Assembly: GCA_965208575.1 (NCBI GenBank)
Contig: CBDBOV010000004.1
Location: 416,001 to 480,000 of the forward strand
Length of the DNA: 64,000 bases
Source: Spirochaetia bacterium
Lineage (GTDB): Bacteria > Spirochaetota > Spirochaetia > SZUA-6 > Bin103
Direction: 5' to 3'
In this document: positions 1 to 9,101 of the stretch, one piece after another
Layout of the letters: each line of letters begins with the position of its first letter
Numbering within the stretch: position 1 is the stretch's first letter
Notes under the pieces: model-generated
What the model was told of the DNA's origin: nothing
Database searches by the model: none
The model's input: the letters and a program-made list of their open reading frames with translations, nothing else
Made by a program: the position numbers and the translations under genes

Positions 1-282
1 GGCATCGGCCTCGAACCAGAGTCGGATCGCCGCAGCTTCGCCACGCCCCAGTGCGCGCGGCAGTTCCCGGTGCGTGGTCCCCGTGACCACTCGTATCGAA
101 CCATCCCGGGCAAGCTTGGCAACAAGCGCCGCATCGTCGTATCGGCGCACAAGCGATGCAGAGGCGACCTCCTCAAACGCCTGCCGCGGAACCTGCAAAT
201 CCACTCCCCGAGAATATTCAGACAGCGTCGAACACTTGGCGAGCAGTATGAGCGAGCTGGCGTCGGCGACGACTACTCGCAT
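1..282 (-). CDS. PIN-domain (DUF3368-like) protein, 5' part; runs off window edge
   Basis: Own translation from ATG at 282: MRVVVADASSLILLAK...VPRQAFEEV...LGRGEAAAIRL, matching the PIN/DUF3368 pattern. Not in the ORF track. Confidence 0.8.
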   Translation of the reverse strand, partial: MRVVVADASSLILLAKCSTLSEYSRGVDLQVPRQAFEEVASASLVRRYDDAALVAKLARDGSIRVVTGTTHRELPRALGRGEAAAIRLWFEADA

Positions 283-288
283 ACGCAG

Positions 289-317
289 AGAGTACAACTG
301 TATTCTATCGCCGTCAA
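289..317 (-). promoter_or_regulatory. sigma70-type promoter, probably giving a leaderless mRNA
   Basis: TTGACG (317-312), 17-bp spacer, TACTCT (294-289), 6 nt before the ATG at 282. Confidence 0.6.
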
Positions 318-381
318 CTGCTCTGCTGCGTTGCCTCGATGTCGGGCCGTGCGCTGATGCCCGGACCGCGTGGTCCCTGCC

Positions 382-1488
382 CTACTGGTAGGGGTCGGCG
401 GCGTCGCGCAGGCCGTCGCCGAGCAGGTTGAACGCCAGCACGGTGATGATGATGAACACGCCCGGCAGCATGAGCCACGGCGCCAGCGCGATGGTGTGGA
501 TGTTCTGCGCCTCGCCGAGCAGCACGCCCCAGCTCACCACGGGCGGGCGCAGGCCCAGACCAAGGAAGCTGAGCGCCGTCTCGGCCAGGATCATCTCCGG
601 TACGGCCAGGGTCAGCGCCACGATCACGTAGCTCAGGAACGACGGGATCAGGTGCCCGGCGATGATTCTCGTGGCACTGGTGCCGGCCACCCGCGCGGCC
701 ATCACGAAGTCCTCCTCGCGCAGGCTGAGCAGCTTGCTGCGCACCACCCGTGCCAGGCCGGTCCACCCGATCAGCGACAGGATGATGGTGATACCGAAGT
801 ACACCCGCAGCGCCGGCCACTGCGGCGGCAGGGCGGCCGCGAGCGCCATCCACAACGGCAGAACGGGAATGGAACGCAGGAACTCGATGATGCGCTGAAT
901 GAGGTTGTCCGCGGTGCCGCCGAAGTAGCCCGATACGCCGCCGATGCCGAGCCCGAGGACGAAGCTCAGCAGCACCCCGATCAACCCGACCGACAGCGAC
1001 ACCCGCGCCCCGCACACCAGCCGGCTGAACACGTCGCGCCCGATCTGGTCGGTGCCCAGCAGCAGCAGCGTCCCCTCCCGCACCGCAAACAGGTGCACGC
1101 GCGCGGGAATCAACCCCCAGAACCGGTATTCGTCGCCGGGCTCGAACAGGTAGATCGGTCGCCGGGCGCTGAGGTCCTCGCCGTACGACTTGCGCCAAGT
1201 GACCGGATCCTCCACCAGCGTGAAGTCGTATACGAACGGGCGCAGGTGGAAGCGGCCGTCGTGGAAGAAGTGGATCCGCTGCGGCGGCGCCAGCGGCAGC
1301 TCCGAAAAGCGCGTGCGAATGTGGTACGGCGCCACCACCTCGCAGAACACGCCGACCAGGTACATCAGGCCCAGCACCACGCCGCCGGCGATGGCCAGGC
1401 GGTGCTTGCGGAACCGCTGCCACATGAGCTGGTACTGGGAGGCGATGAATGCCTGCTCCGGGTCGACCCGGCGGTGTGCGCGGCTCAT
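382..1488 (-). CDS. ABC transporter permease (DppC/OppC-like)
   Basis: ASQYQLMWQRFRKHRLA, GTDQIGRD, EAA-like loop REEDFVMAAR, C-term GDGLRDAADP; ATGA overlap with upstream permease. Confidence 0.95.
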   Translation of the reverse strand: MSRAHRRVDPEQAFIASQYQLMWQRFRKHRLAIAGGVVLGLMYLVGVFCEVVAPYHIRTRFSELPLAPPQRIHFFHDGRFHLRPFVYDFTLVEDPVTWRKSYGEDLSARRPIYLFEPGDEYRFWGLIPARVHLFAVREGTLLLLGTDQIGRDVFSRLVCGARVSLSVGLIGVLLSFVLGLGIGGVSGYFGGTADNLIQRIIEFLRSIPVLPLWMALAAALPPQWPALRVYFGITIILSLIGWTGLARVVRSKLLSLREEDFVMAARVAGTSATRIIAGHLIPSFLSYVIVALTLAVPEMILAETALSFLGLGLRPPVVSWGVLLGEAQNIHTIALAPWLMLPGVFIIITVLAFNLLGDGLRDAADPYQ

Positions 1489-2474
1489 TGCTCCAACCGA
1501 ATGCGCGGGTCGAGCGCCGCGAGCAGCAGGTCGGAAATGAAGGTTCCCACCACGGTCAGCACGCTCAGCAGCAGGATGAACGCGCCGGCGAGCAGCATGT
1601 CCTGGCTCAGCAGGGCGCGCAGCATCATGGCGCCGGTGGTCGGCAGGCTCAGCACCACCCCGACGATGGGCGCGCCGGATATGATGGTGGCAAGTTGCCA
1701 GCCGATGGTGGCGACGATCGGATTGAGCGCGATGCGCACCGGGTAGCGGAACACCAGGCGCCGTTCCGCCAGCCCCTTGGCGCGGGCGGTCACCACGTAC
1801 TGTTTCTTGAGTTCGTCGAGCAGCATGCCGCGCATGATGCGGATGATCGACGCCGTGCCGGCGGTGCCCAGGACGACCACCGGCACCCACAGGTGGGAAA
1901 GCATGTCCAGCAGCTTGCGCAGACTCCACGGCGCGTCGGCGTACTCGGGCGAGAACAGCCCCCCGACGCTCTGCCCGAACACCTTGAAGCCCATGTACAT
2001 CAGCAGCAGGGCCAGAAAAAAGTTGGGCGTTGCCAGGCCGACGTAGCCGATCACCGTGAACGAGAAATCGAACGGGGAATACTTGTGCAGCGCCGAGTAA
2101 ATCCCGATCGGGATCGCCACCACGTAGGTGAACAGCAGCGAGCCGAGCGCCACTACCAGGGTCCACCCCATGCGCTCCCAGATCAGCTCGCTCACCCCCA
2201 CGTTCCACAGCAGCGAGCGGCCGAAGTCGCCGCGGCTGACGATGCCCCAGATCCACTTCAGGTACTGCACCATGATCGGCTGGTCGAGCCCGAACTGGCG
2301 CCGCAGGCCCTGCAACTCGTACTCGGACACGGTGGAGCCCTGGTTCTCGAGCTGAATGACGTAGGTGGTGAGGTAGTCGCCGGGCGGGAGCTGGATCAGG
2401 ACGAACGCCACCACCGAAACCGCCGCCACGGTGATCAGCAGGTAGAACGAACGCCTGATGAAGTAGGTGAGCAT
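1485..2474 (-). CDS. ABC transporter permease (DppB/OppB-like)
   Basis: LPPGD, GLDQP, GDFGRS, YVVTARAKGL, C-term DPRIR. Confidence 0.95.
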   Translation of the reverse strand: MLTYFIRRSFYLLITVAAVSVVAFVLIQLPPGDYLTTYVIQLENQGSTVSEYELQGLRRQFGLDQPIMVQYLKWIWGIVSRGDFGRSLLWNVGVSELIWERMGWTLVVALGSLLFTYVVAIPIGIYSALHKYSPFDFSFTVIGYVGLATPNFFLALLLMYMGFKVFGQSVGGLFSPEYADAPWSLRKLLDMLSHLWVPVVVLGTAGTASIIRIMRGMLLDELKKQYVVTARAKGLAERRLVFRYPVRIALNPIVATIGWQLATIISGAPIVGVVLSLPTTGAMMLRALLSQDMLLAGAFILLLSVLTVVGTFISDLLLAALDPRIRLEQ

Positions 2475-2542
2475 TACCGCATGGGCCGCCCGCCACGCGG
2501 CAAGCGGCCCATGATCTCAGGTCCCGAGCGGTACGTGCGCGC

Positions 2543-4585
2543 TTACTGGCGGATGAACCACTGCTCGGGGATGGTGTTGTTGAACCAGCGGCCCTCCGGC
2601 CACCACCAGTCCACGTCCGGCACGTTGACCAGGTCGTTGCGCACGATCACCGGGACGGGCGCCTGCGACACGGTGCCGATGCCGTACAGTTGCCGCACCA
2701 TCCTGGAGGAGTACTCGTTGCCGATGGCGGTCGACTCCGGCGTGAACAGCGGCGTCTGCAGGTAGCGGGTGAGCAGCGCGTAGATCTCCTGCACCTCCTG
2801 CGGCGGCACCACGCCGGATGCGCCACCCGACATCCACCAGTCGTCCCACCCGTGGTTGCTGACGTCGCCGGGCCGGAACTGGCCCGCCTCGCGCAGTGCG
2901 AAGCCCACGTCGGTGGTCAGGTGCGCGGGATGATGGGCCACCTGTACCTGGCCGGCGGCGTTGCGGGTCGAGTACAGCCGGTCCTCCTCCACCTTGAGCG
3001 TGATCTGCACGCCGACCGCCTCCCAGTACTCCTTGACCAGTTCGAAGATCGGCTTGCGGTCGCCGCGGTCGTAGTACTCCAGCAGCAGGCTGAGGGTTTC
3101 ACCATCGGGACGGGTGCGCCACTGGCGATTCGCGTCCCAGGCCAACCCGATCTCGTCGAGCAGCGCATTGGCCTGGTCGACGTCGTACTCTGCGAAATGG
3201 GCGGTCATCCACGGCTCGTGGTAGGTGGCCAGCGGCGGCGGCGCCACCTGGCTGGTGACGGCACGCCCGAAGAACACCAAGTCGTTGATCTCGTCGCGGT
3301 TGATGGCCAGCGACATCGCCTGCCGGAAGCGCAGGTCCCGGAACAGGTCGCGCAGCACCGTATCCTCTTCGTAGAGCTGGTTGAAGGCGAACCGCATCTC
3401 GTTCCCCACCGGGGAATTCCACAGCAGCGCCCGGTACCCGCCCTGGTGCTCGTTCTCCTTGTACAGCGTCCAGTTCTTGAGTTGCAGGTGGGCCCGCCCG
3501 GTGTGAAACTCGCCGGCGATGGTCTTCAACTCCGCGACGTCGCGGCTCTCGACCAGAATGCGCGCCATGCTGTCCATGTACGGAAGCTGGCGGCCGGCGG
3601 TGTCGACCTTCCAGTAGTAGGGATTGCGGTGGAAGAAGCGGCTGCCGAATTCATCTTCACGCGCCAGGTCCCAACCCTCGATGGTGGGAAAGTCGAGGTC
3701 GTTGCGGTCGTCCGACTGGCCGGCGAGAATCGCCAGGAAGTGCTGCGTCCAGCCCTCGAAGCCGGCCGCCTTGGCGTTCGCCTCGGCGTCGTCGTTGTAG
3801 TCGGCGTGGAACCGGCTCAGGTAGTGCTTGGGAGTGACCGGGAAGGTCGACCGGCTGCGGGCATAGGGAGAGAATGCGATCTTGTCCACCACGATCGGGT
3901 ACGGCACCGCAAACTGCATACGTACCGTGGTGTCGTTCACCTTGGTCACCGTCATCGGCGTGCCGCCCGGCTTCCAGGCCACGTTGATCGCCTGGCTGAG
4001 ATTCTCGTTGGTGGCGTAGTCCTCCCACCAGAACAGGAAGTCGTCGGCCGTGAACGGCGCGCCGTCGCTCCACTTCATGTTGTTGCGCAGCGTCAGGGTG
4101 AGGGTCTTGAAATCCTCGGTCAGGTCCCAGTCGAGCACCACGTTGGGAATGGTGGCATCGATCTCCGGGCTCACCGTGAGCAGGTTCTGGAAGCGCGTGA
4201 ACATCACTTCGAAGTCGCCGCAGCAGCCGGGCGTGATGGTTGCCGCGCGATACTCGCCGCCGTACACCCCCATCTCGTCGAGCGGGTCGACCACCACCAC
4301 CTCGTCCGGCAGGCGATCTTCGACCGGCGGCAGGTCGCCCGCGGCCACCATCGCGGCCAGCACCGGCGCTTCCGTGAACGCCGGCAGGTTGTTGCCGGTG
4401 TCGGCCTCGAAGGCCGCCTGCGATCCCCACACCACGGTGCGTCCCGGCACCAGCACCTCCAGGTCGGATGCCGCCGCCGTGCCCGCCTGCGAACCGGACT
4501 GCTCCTCGTCACCGGATCCGAACGCGGTGCCGGCTACGAGCAGCGCCAACCCCACCGCCAGTGCGAATCGAACAATCAGTGTCAC
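2543..4585 (-). CDS. ABC transporter substrate-binding protein, family 5
   Basis: GTG start with GGAGG RBS; signal peptide; EAPVL..GDLPPVEDRLP, KWSDGAPFTADD, RNPYYWKVD, FRQAMSLAINR. Confidence 0.93.
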   Translation of the reverse strand: MTLIVRFALAVGLALLVAGTAFGSGDEEQSGSQAGTAAASDLEVLVPGRTVVWGSQAAFEADTGNNLPAFTEAPVLAAMVAAGDLPPVEDRLPDEVVVVDPLDEMGVYGGEYRAATITPGCCGDFEVMFTRFQNLLTVSPEIDATIPNVVLDWDLTEDFKTLTLTLRNNMKWSDGAPFTADDFLFWWEDYATNENLSQAINVAWKPGGTPMTVTKVNDTTVRMQFAVPYPIVVDKIAFSPYARSRSTFPVTPKHYLSRFHADYNDDAEANAKAAGFEGWTQHFLAILAGQSDDRNDLDFPTIEGWDLAREDEFGSRFFHRNPYYWKVDTAGRQLPYMDSMARILVESRDVAELKTIAGEFHTGRAHLQLKNWTLYKENEHQGGYRALLWNSPVGNEMRFAFNQLYEEDTVLRDLFRDLRFRQAMSLAINRDEINDLVFFGRAVTSQVAPPPLATYHEPWMTAHFAEYDVDQANALLDEIGLAWDANRQWRTRPDGETLSLLLEYYDRGDRKPIFELVKEYWEAVGVQITLKVEEDRLYSTRNAAGQVQVAHHPAHLTTDVGFALREAGQFRPGDVSNHGWDDWWMSGGASGVVPPQEVQEIYALLTRYLQTPLFTPESTAIGNEYSSRMVRQLYGIGTVSQAPVPVIVRNDLVNVPDVDWWWPEGRWFNNTIPEQWFIRQ

Positions 4586-4842
4586 CTTTGTACCTCCAGG
4601 AGCGACGCACGTGTGGCGCATCACGATGACCGACGCCACGTCCGTCCACTGTTGTCCGCGATGGTAGAGGCCACCCGGGCAGCGGTCAAGCCGGCTGACC
4701 GGAACGGCCGAAGCTGAGCCGAGCCACCTGGGCTCCGTCGCCGCAGCGGCCCGGGGCCGCGCATCCCACCGGGACACACAGCCACGACTGACTGACGACA
4801 CGCGCGCAGGTGTGACCCCATTTTGTGGATAGTAGGAAGACG

Positions 4843-4889
4843 AAAAAAGACCTCCCAGTCGATGGCATGATGGCTACGACTGGGAGGTC
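4843..4889 (-). terminator. 13-bp perfect hairpin followed by T6 on the minus strand, inside the IS left end
   Basis: GACCTCCCAGTCG (4849-4861) / CGACTGGGAGGTC (4877-4889); A6 at 4843-4848. Confidence 0.55.
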
Positions 4890-5082
4890 AAACAAAATGA
4901 GTGAGGAATTGGTGACTCGATTCGTCGAGTATGTCAAGGCCGGACACGGCGCTGATGGTGGCGGTGGTGCCAGATCGGGAGCGTGCGCGATGCTGCGCCT
5001 GGAGGGACGGGACGCTCCTGCACAGCGACTTAGATTCGGGGGGCTCGCCAGCTCCAACTGGCGAGTTCCGTGCCGCTTTCCC

Positions 5083-6006
5083 CTACTCTACCACCTTTCG
5101 GCGGGGACCGTAAGGTCCCCTCGGACCCGGCTTCGGCGTCCGGGCGTCGATCAACTCGACCACTTCGCGCGCCGTCCACCGCTGCCGCGCCACGCCGGCC
5201 GCCATCGCCGGCGTGGTGCCCGTGCCCCACTTCTTCTTCAGGCTCATGTGCGGCCGGCAGAAATTGTAGGCCATCGACCACATGGCGAAGCTGTGCACAT
5301 GGTTCTCCAGCTTCTTGGAGAAGGCGTTGGTCAGCCGCGTGAACCGCCGCTGTGACATGCGGATGGTCAGGTTCTGCCGCTCCGCGTAACTCGTGCTGAT
5401 CAGGTCCAGGTTCGGCGCGCCCTGCACGATGATCCGCTCCACCCCGTTGCACTCGCCGGGGCTGTACCGCCGGTGCGCGGCGGTGGCTTCCTCGCCGTCG
5501 CCCTTCGAGGTGCCGTAGTGCTTCACCAGCATGGCATAGTCCACGTCCCCCGCGAATGCCGCGTCCACGGCCTCCAGGTACGCCGAGTGCCCGTCCGTGG
5601 TGAGCTGCACCCGGTTCCGTAGCCGCTGCTCCAGGTCGATCATGAACGGGATCGCCGTCTGCGCCGAGCGATCGCCGACGATCCATGACGCCAGCAGCTT
5701 CGTGTGCGCGCACAGCGCCGTCCACGTCCACACGTCTCCGGCACCCCGCGGCGGGTTCTTCGCCCGCTCCACGTTCTTGTTCTTCGCGTAGATGAACGAC
5801 CAGATTTCGTCGATCTCCAAGCGGGAGCACGGCAGGTTGCGCAGCACCTCGTCCTGGTACTCTGCGCAGATCGGGCCGGCGTCTCTGATGAACTTCCCTA
5901 CCGTGTGCTTCGCGCAGCCGACGATACGCATGGTGGCGGCCATGCTGTTCCCCTCGACCAGGAGCTGGTACATAAGTGCCCTGCGTTCGATAGGTAACTT
6001 GTTCAT
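5083..6006 (-). CDS. IS1-family-like DDE transposase
   Basis: N-terminal HTH (LVEGNSM), DEIWSF, TTDGH.AY, STSYAERQNLTIRM..RRFTRLTNAFSKK, TPAMAAG, KPGPRGPY. Confidence 0.88.
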   Translation of the reverse strand: MNKLPIERRALMYQLLVEGNSMAATMRIVGCAKHTVGKFIRDAGPICAEYQDEVLRNLPCSRLEIDEIWSFIYAKNKNVERAKNPPRGAGDVWTWTALCAHTKLLASWIVGDRSAQTAIPFMIDLEQRLRNRVQLTTDGHSAYLEAVDAAFAGDVDYAMLVKHYGTSKGDGEEATAAHRRYSPGECNGVERIIVQGAPNLDLISTSYAERQNLTIRMSQRRFTRLTNAFSKKLENHVHSFAMWSMAYNFCRPHMSLKKKWGTGTTPAMAAGVARQRWTAREVVELIDARTPKPGPRGPYGPRRKVVE

Positions 6007-6419
6007 CGTGAATGAAATATACTACTTCATATGGTGTTGCGCAAGCGAAATATCAATGTTTCAATGGAAAGGGCCGCCGGGGATGTGGTATCCTCGCCGG
6101 CGGCCCTGCTCGTGAATCATGGGGGTGGATTGGTTCGCCAGCGGGCTCCAAACTCAGCCTAGCCTGACCTTCCTACTTATCCCGTTGATTTGACCGCGGG
6201 ATTCTCTGGTTCATCCAGATAAGTTGTTACCATGAAACAAGATAGGTTCACGGAAGTGGACTCTCCTCTTGAGAGGATCAGTGTATACACTGAATATATC
6301 GAGCGCCGTGCCGGACAGCTTCCTCAATACTACTCGAAGTATCCCCTCTTCGATCCTTCCGACCCACTCATGCCGGTTCTCCTTGACTGTCTCCGTACTA
6401 AGTGTATACACTGATTGCA

Positions 6420-8016
6420 GTGGCCACCCTCCAGAAAAAGGTCTCCCGCGGGCACACCTACTGGCAGATCGTCGAGTCCAGACGCGTCAACGGCAAACCA
6501 CGTCCCATCGTCCTCGAACATCTCGGCAGCGCAGAGAAGTTGCTCCAGCGCCTCCGTGAGGCTCCCACCCGACCGGCAAAGGCGAAGGTCATTCAGTTCG
6601 GTGCGTTGGCCGCGCTCTGGCAGATCGCCCAAGAGTTGGATGTGGTGGGCCTTATCGATACCCAGGTCCCCAAGCGAGACCAAGGACTGTCCTGCGGACA
6701 GTATCTGCTGGTGGCGGCGCTGAACCGTTGTGTGGCCGCCTCCAGCAAGGCTTCTCTGTACCAGTGGTATCGACGCACGGTGTTGAATCGGCTGCTCCCC
6801 GCTGCACAGCGCTCGCTCGCCAGTCAGCGATTCTGGGATCACATGAACATGCTCGACAGCGCTGCCATCGGCGCGATTGAGCAACAACTGGCGCAGCGGG
6901 TGATCGACCACTACCGGATCGATCTGCGACCGCTCATCTTCGATGCGACCAACTTCGATACGTTCATCGACAGTCGCACCGTCAGTGCACTGGCACAACG
7001 TGGCCACGCGAAAAGCAAACGCGCCGATCTGCGGATCCTGGGCTTGGCACTCCTGGTAAGCTGCGACTACCACATTCCGCTGCTCTCACACCCGTATCCG
7101 GGAAATCAGAATGACGCCGCGATGTTCTCGAGCTTGATCGAGACGCTGATCAGCCGCTGCAAGCAGTTGGCCCAGGACTGCGAAGATGTCACGCTGGTGT
7201 TCGATGGCGGCAACACCTCGAGAGCGAATATCGAGGCGCTGCAAGCCGGCCCATACCATTTCGTCACCTCCTTGACCGTGACTAAGCACGAGGATCTGCT
7301 GGCGGTTCCCGCCGGCAGGTTTCACTCCTTCACTGACCCACGGCTGGCCGGGGTGACCGCTTACCGCAGCGACAAGGTGATCTGGGGTGAGCGCCGCACC
7401 GTGGTGGTCACCAACAGTCGCCGGTTGCTGGACGGGCAGCTGGCTGGGATCAAACCAGCGCTTGCAACGCCGGCGCTTGGGCAAACGCATCCTGTGCACC
7501 GACAACGAGTCGTGCAGAGCGCGAATCCGACGGCGTGCCAGTTTTCGATTTCGCACCGATTGGGCAGCGTACCAGCGCTTGCAACGCCGGCGCTTGGGCA
7601 AACGCATCCTGTGCACCGACAACGAGTCGTGGAGCGACCAGGAGATCATCTTGGCCAGCCGCGCTCAACATCACGTGGAGCGGGCGTTCAAGCAGATGAA
7701 GAATCCCCACTGGGTGAGCTTCTCGCCGACCTTCCACTGGACCGATCAGAAGCTGCGCGTACACGTGTTCTATTGTGTGTTGGCACTGCTGCTGAGTTCG
7801 CTGCTGCAACGCAAGGCGGCCGACGGCGGACAACTCCTTACCATCGAGCAACTACTGACGGAACTCAGCGGCGTGACCGAAGTGGTCAACCTCTACGCCG
7901 CGCCTGAGCCGGCCACCAGAGGGCGCTACCGGGCTCAATACGTGCTCTCTGAACGGTCGTCCCTGCAAGACAAACTGTGCCGCCTACTTGACGTATACCG
8001 ACACGCCCATCCCTGA
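6420..8016 (+). pseudogene. IS1634-family transposase, frameshifted with internal rearrangement
   Basis: YWQIVESRRVNGKPR, FDATNF, RGHAKSKRADL, VFDGG; C-term VERAFKQMK..FHWTDQKLRVHVFYCVLA lies in another frame (ORF ending 8016). Confidence 0.88.
7454..7631. repeat. 61-bp exact direct duplication inside the transposase
   Basis: ACCAGCGCTT...GAGTCGTG at 7454-7514 and 7571-7631. Confidence 0.95.
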
Positions 8017-8179
8017 CAGCACCACGGTCAGTGTATACAAGCCCCGTCCGACAGGATAGCGAGTAACTTGCTATCCTAAAATGACTTATCCACTCAAACT
8101 ACCAGCCACCCGAAATAACTAGGAAACTCACGCTAGCCGGGGTTCGATTCCCCGCACCTCCACTACATCACTGATGCCG

Positions 8180-8392
8180 TTATGGTGTACGCGCGGCGCG
8201 CGCCTTCTGCGCGATCTCCCGGCGCCGCTCCGGGGTCAGGGCGCGTGCCCGCGCGCGTGCCGCCTTCGTCTGTTGGGACGGGCGCGGCGGGTTCAGGATT
8301 TCGTCCTTGTCATTGGGCAGTTCGCCGGTGGCTATACGCCCGATCAAAGTGGCCCTCTCTGCAGGGTCTTTCGGCCTCCGGTGGATGGCCAT
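8180..8392 (-). CDS. Small basic protein (70 aa) of the kind often found beside this IS1-like transposase class
   Basis: AGGAGGT RBS; RRPKDP..A..I..IATGE and ARA..LTPERRREIAQKA. Confidence 0.8.
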   Translation of the reverse strand: MAIHRRPKDPAERATLIGRIATGELPNDKDEILNPPRPSQQTKAARARARALTPERRREIAQKARAARTP

Positions 8393-8471
8393 ATCTCTAC
8401 CTCCTGAAATGAATAAAACGCCTGTGCGTTTGTCCTTGCATAGTCTTACCCATTGCGCCACACTAAGTCAA

Positions 8472-8601
8472 CGCTACGACAGGCCAGTTTCCCGATGCCG
8501 GGTTGCCTGGTCGAATAAGCGCGTCCTGGCGCTGGGGGTCGCTCCCCTGGCGCCGCGCGAATAGCCAGGGTCCTTCTCGATGTAGCAGGTCTGTCGTAGC
8601 G
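8472..8601 (+). ncRNA. Candidate structured RNA or 5' leader
   Basis: 14-bp closing stem CGCTACGACAGGCC / GGTCTGTCGTAGCG with internal hairpins; begins about 7 nt after a TTGCAT-17-CACACT promoter-like pair (8436-8464). Confidence 0.4.
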
Positions 8602-8637
8602 GCAATGGCCCGGCACCTTCCGGGCCGGGAGGCACGC

Positions 8638-8967
8638 ATGACCAAGATCACGGCTACTCTCCTGTTCCCGACCGAACACGGCGAGATTGAGGTTTCGCCC
8701 TCGGACGTGCTGGCTGCCGCCATGACAGGGCTCGCACTCAAGGGCGTGGCACCCAAGAAGGCAGCCCGGCGCGCATACAGATACATGGTTGAGTTGCTCC
8801 AAGAGATGGACCGTCGATCCCCTCCAGAGCCATCAGCACCACCCGCATCGCCAACCCCGCCGCCGCGCCTCGCTCGTGCCCCCCAGGAGCCCGGCGGTCG
8901 ATACGACGGACGGCCCGCCGGCGAGTGGGAACGCCACGAAGCGAAGCGCAAGCGCGAGCACCAGTGA
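8638..8967 (+). CDS. Hypothetical protein (109 aa), passenger of the IS1-like element
   Basis: GGGAGG RBS; helical N-terminal half, Pro-rich linker, basic tail; no family recognised. Confidence 0.6.
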   Translation: MTKITATLLFPTEHGEIEVSPSDVLAAAMTGLALKGVAPKKAARRAYRYMVELLQEMDRRSPPEPSAPPASPTPPPRLARAPQEPGGRYDGRPAGEWERHEAKRKREHQ

Positions 8968-9101
8968 TATAGTGGGCGGGGGCTGGCGCGCCCAGCAACG
9001 CCCCACCAAGCCATTTTCTTAGCCAAGTTATGGTCCGGCGAGGTATGGCGTGGCCGGTTCGGCATCCGCCAGCCCCCTATTTTTCAAATTGACCCACTAC
9101 C

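Larger units (their letters stand above)
6163..8132 (+). mobile_element. IS1634-family insertion sequence
   Basis: Imperfect IRs CCTGACCTTCCTACTTAT / CGTGAGTTTCCTAGTTAT; CTAG duplicated at 6159-6162 and 8133-8136. Confidence 0.85.
6121..8162 (+). tRNA. tRNA-like gene (anticodon CCA; G3:U70, A73) split by IS1634; halves 6121-6162 and 8137-8162
   Basis: Removing the IS and one CTAG gives acceptor GGGGGTG/CACCTCC-A, T-arm CGGGG-TTCGATT-CCCCG, loop CTCCAAA and a reduced D-arm TGG-TTCG-CCA. Confidence 0.7.
5083..9101 (-). mobile_element. IS1-like element with passenger genes; one end at 9101, the other not found
   Basis: TTTCAAATTGACCCACTACC ends at 9101 (GGTAGTGG.. on minus, an IS1-type GGT end). 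The ISKra4-like transposase frame resumes directly after it. Confidence 0.65.

Noticed and set aside
6121-6162. tRNA-Pyl resemblance (GGGGGTGGAT start, small D-loop)
   Set aside because: The anticodon is CCA rather than CTA, the T-loop is canonical TTCGA, and no pyl genes are present
6232-6414. Short low-GC ORF in the IS1634 left end
   Set aside because: No RBS or recognisable motif; likely non-coding IS end
8137-8165. tmRNA/tRNA 3'-end att-site duplication as the sole explanation
   Set aside because: A complementary 5' half and anticodon loop lie exactly across the IS at 6121-6162, and no tyrosine or serine integrase is nearby; kept only as an alternative
8972-9008. Hairpin ending in ACCA, a possible second tRNA-like minihelix
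   Set aside because: No T-loop and an imperfect stem; plausible by chance in GC-rich DNA
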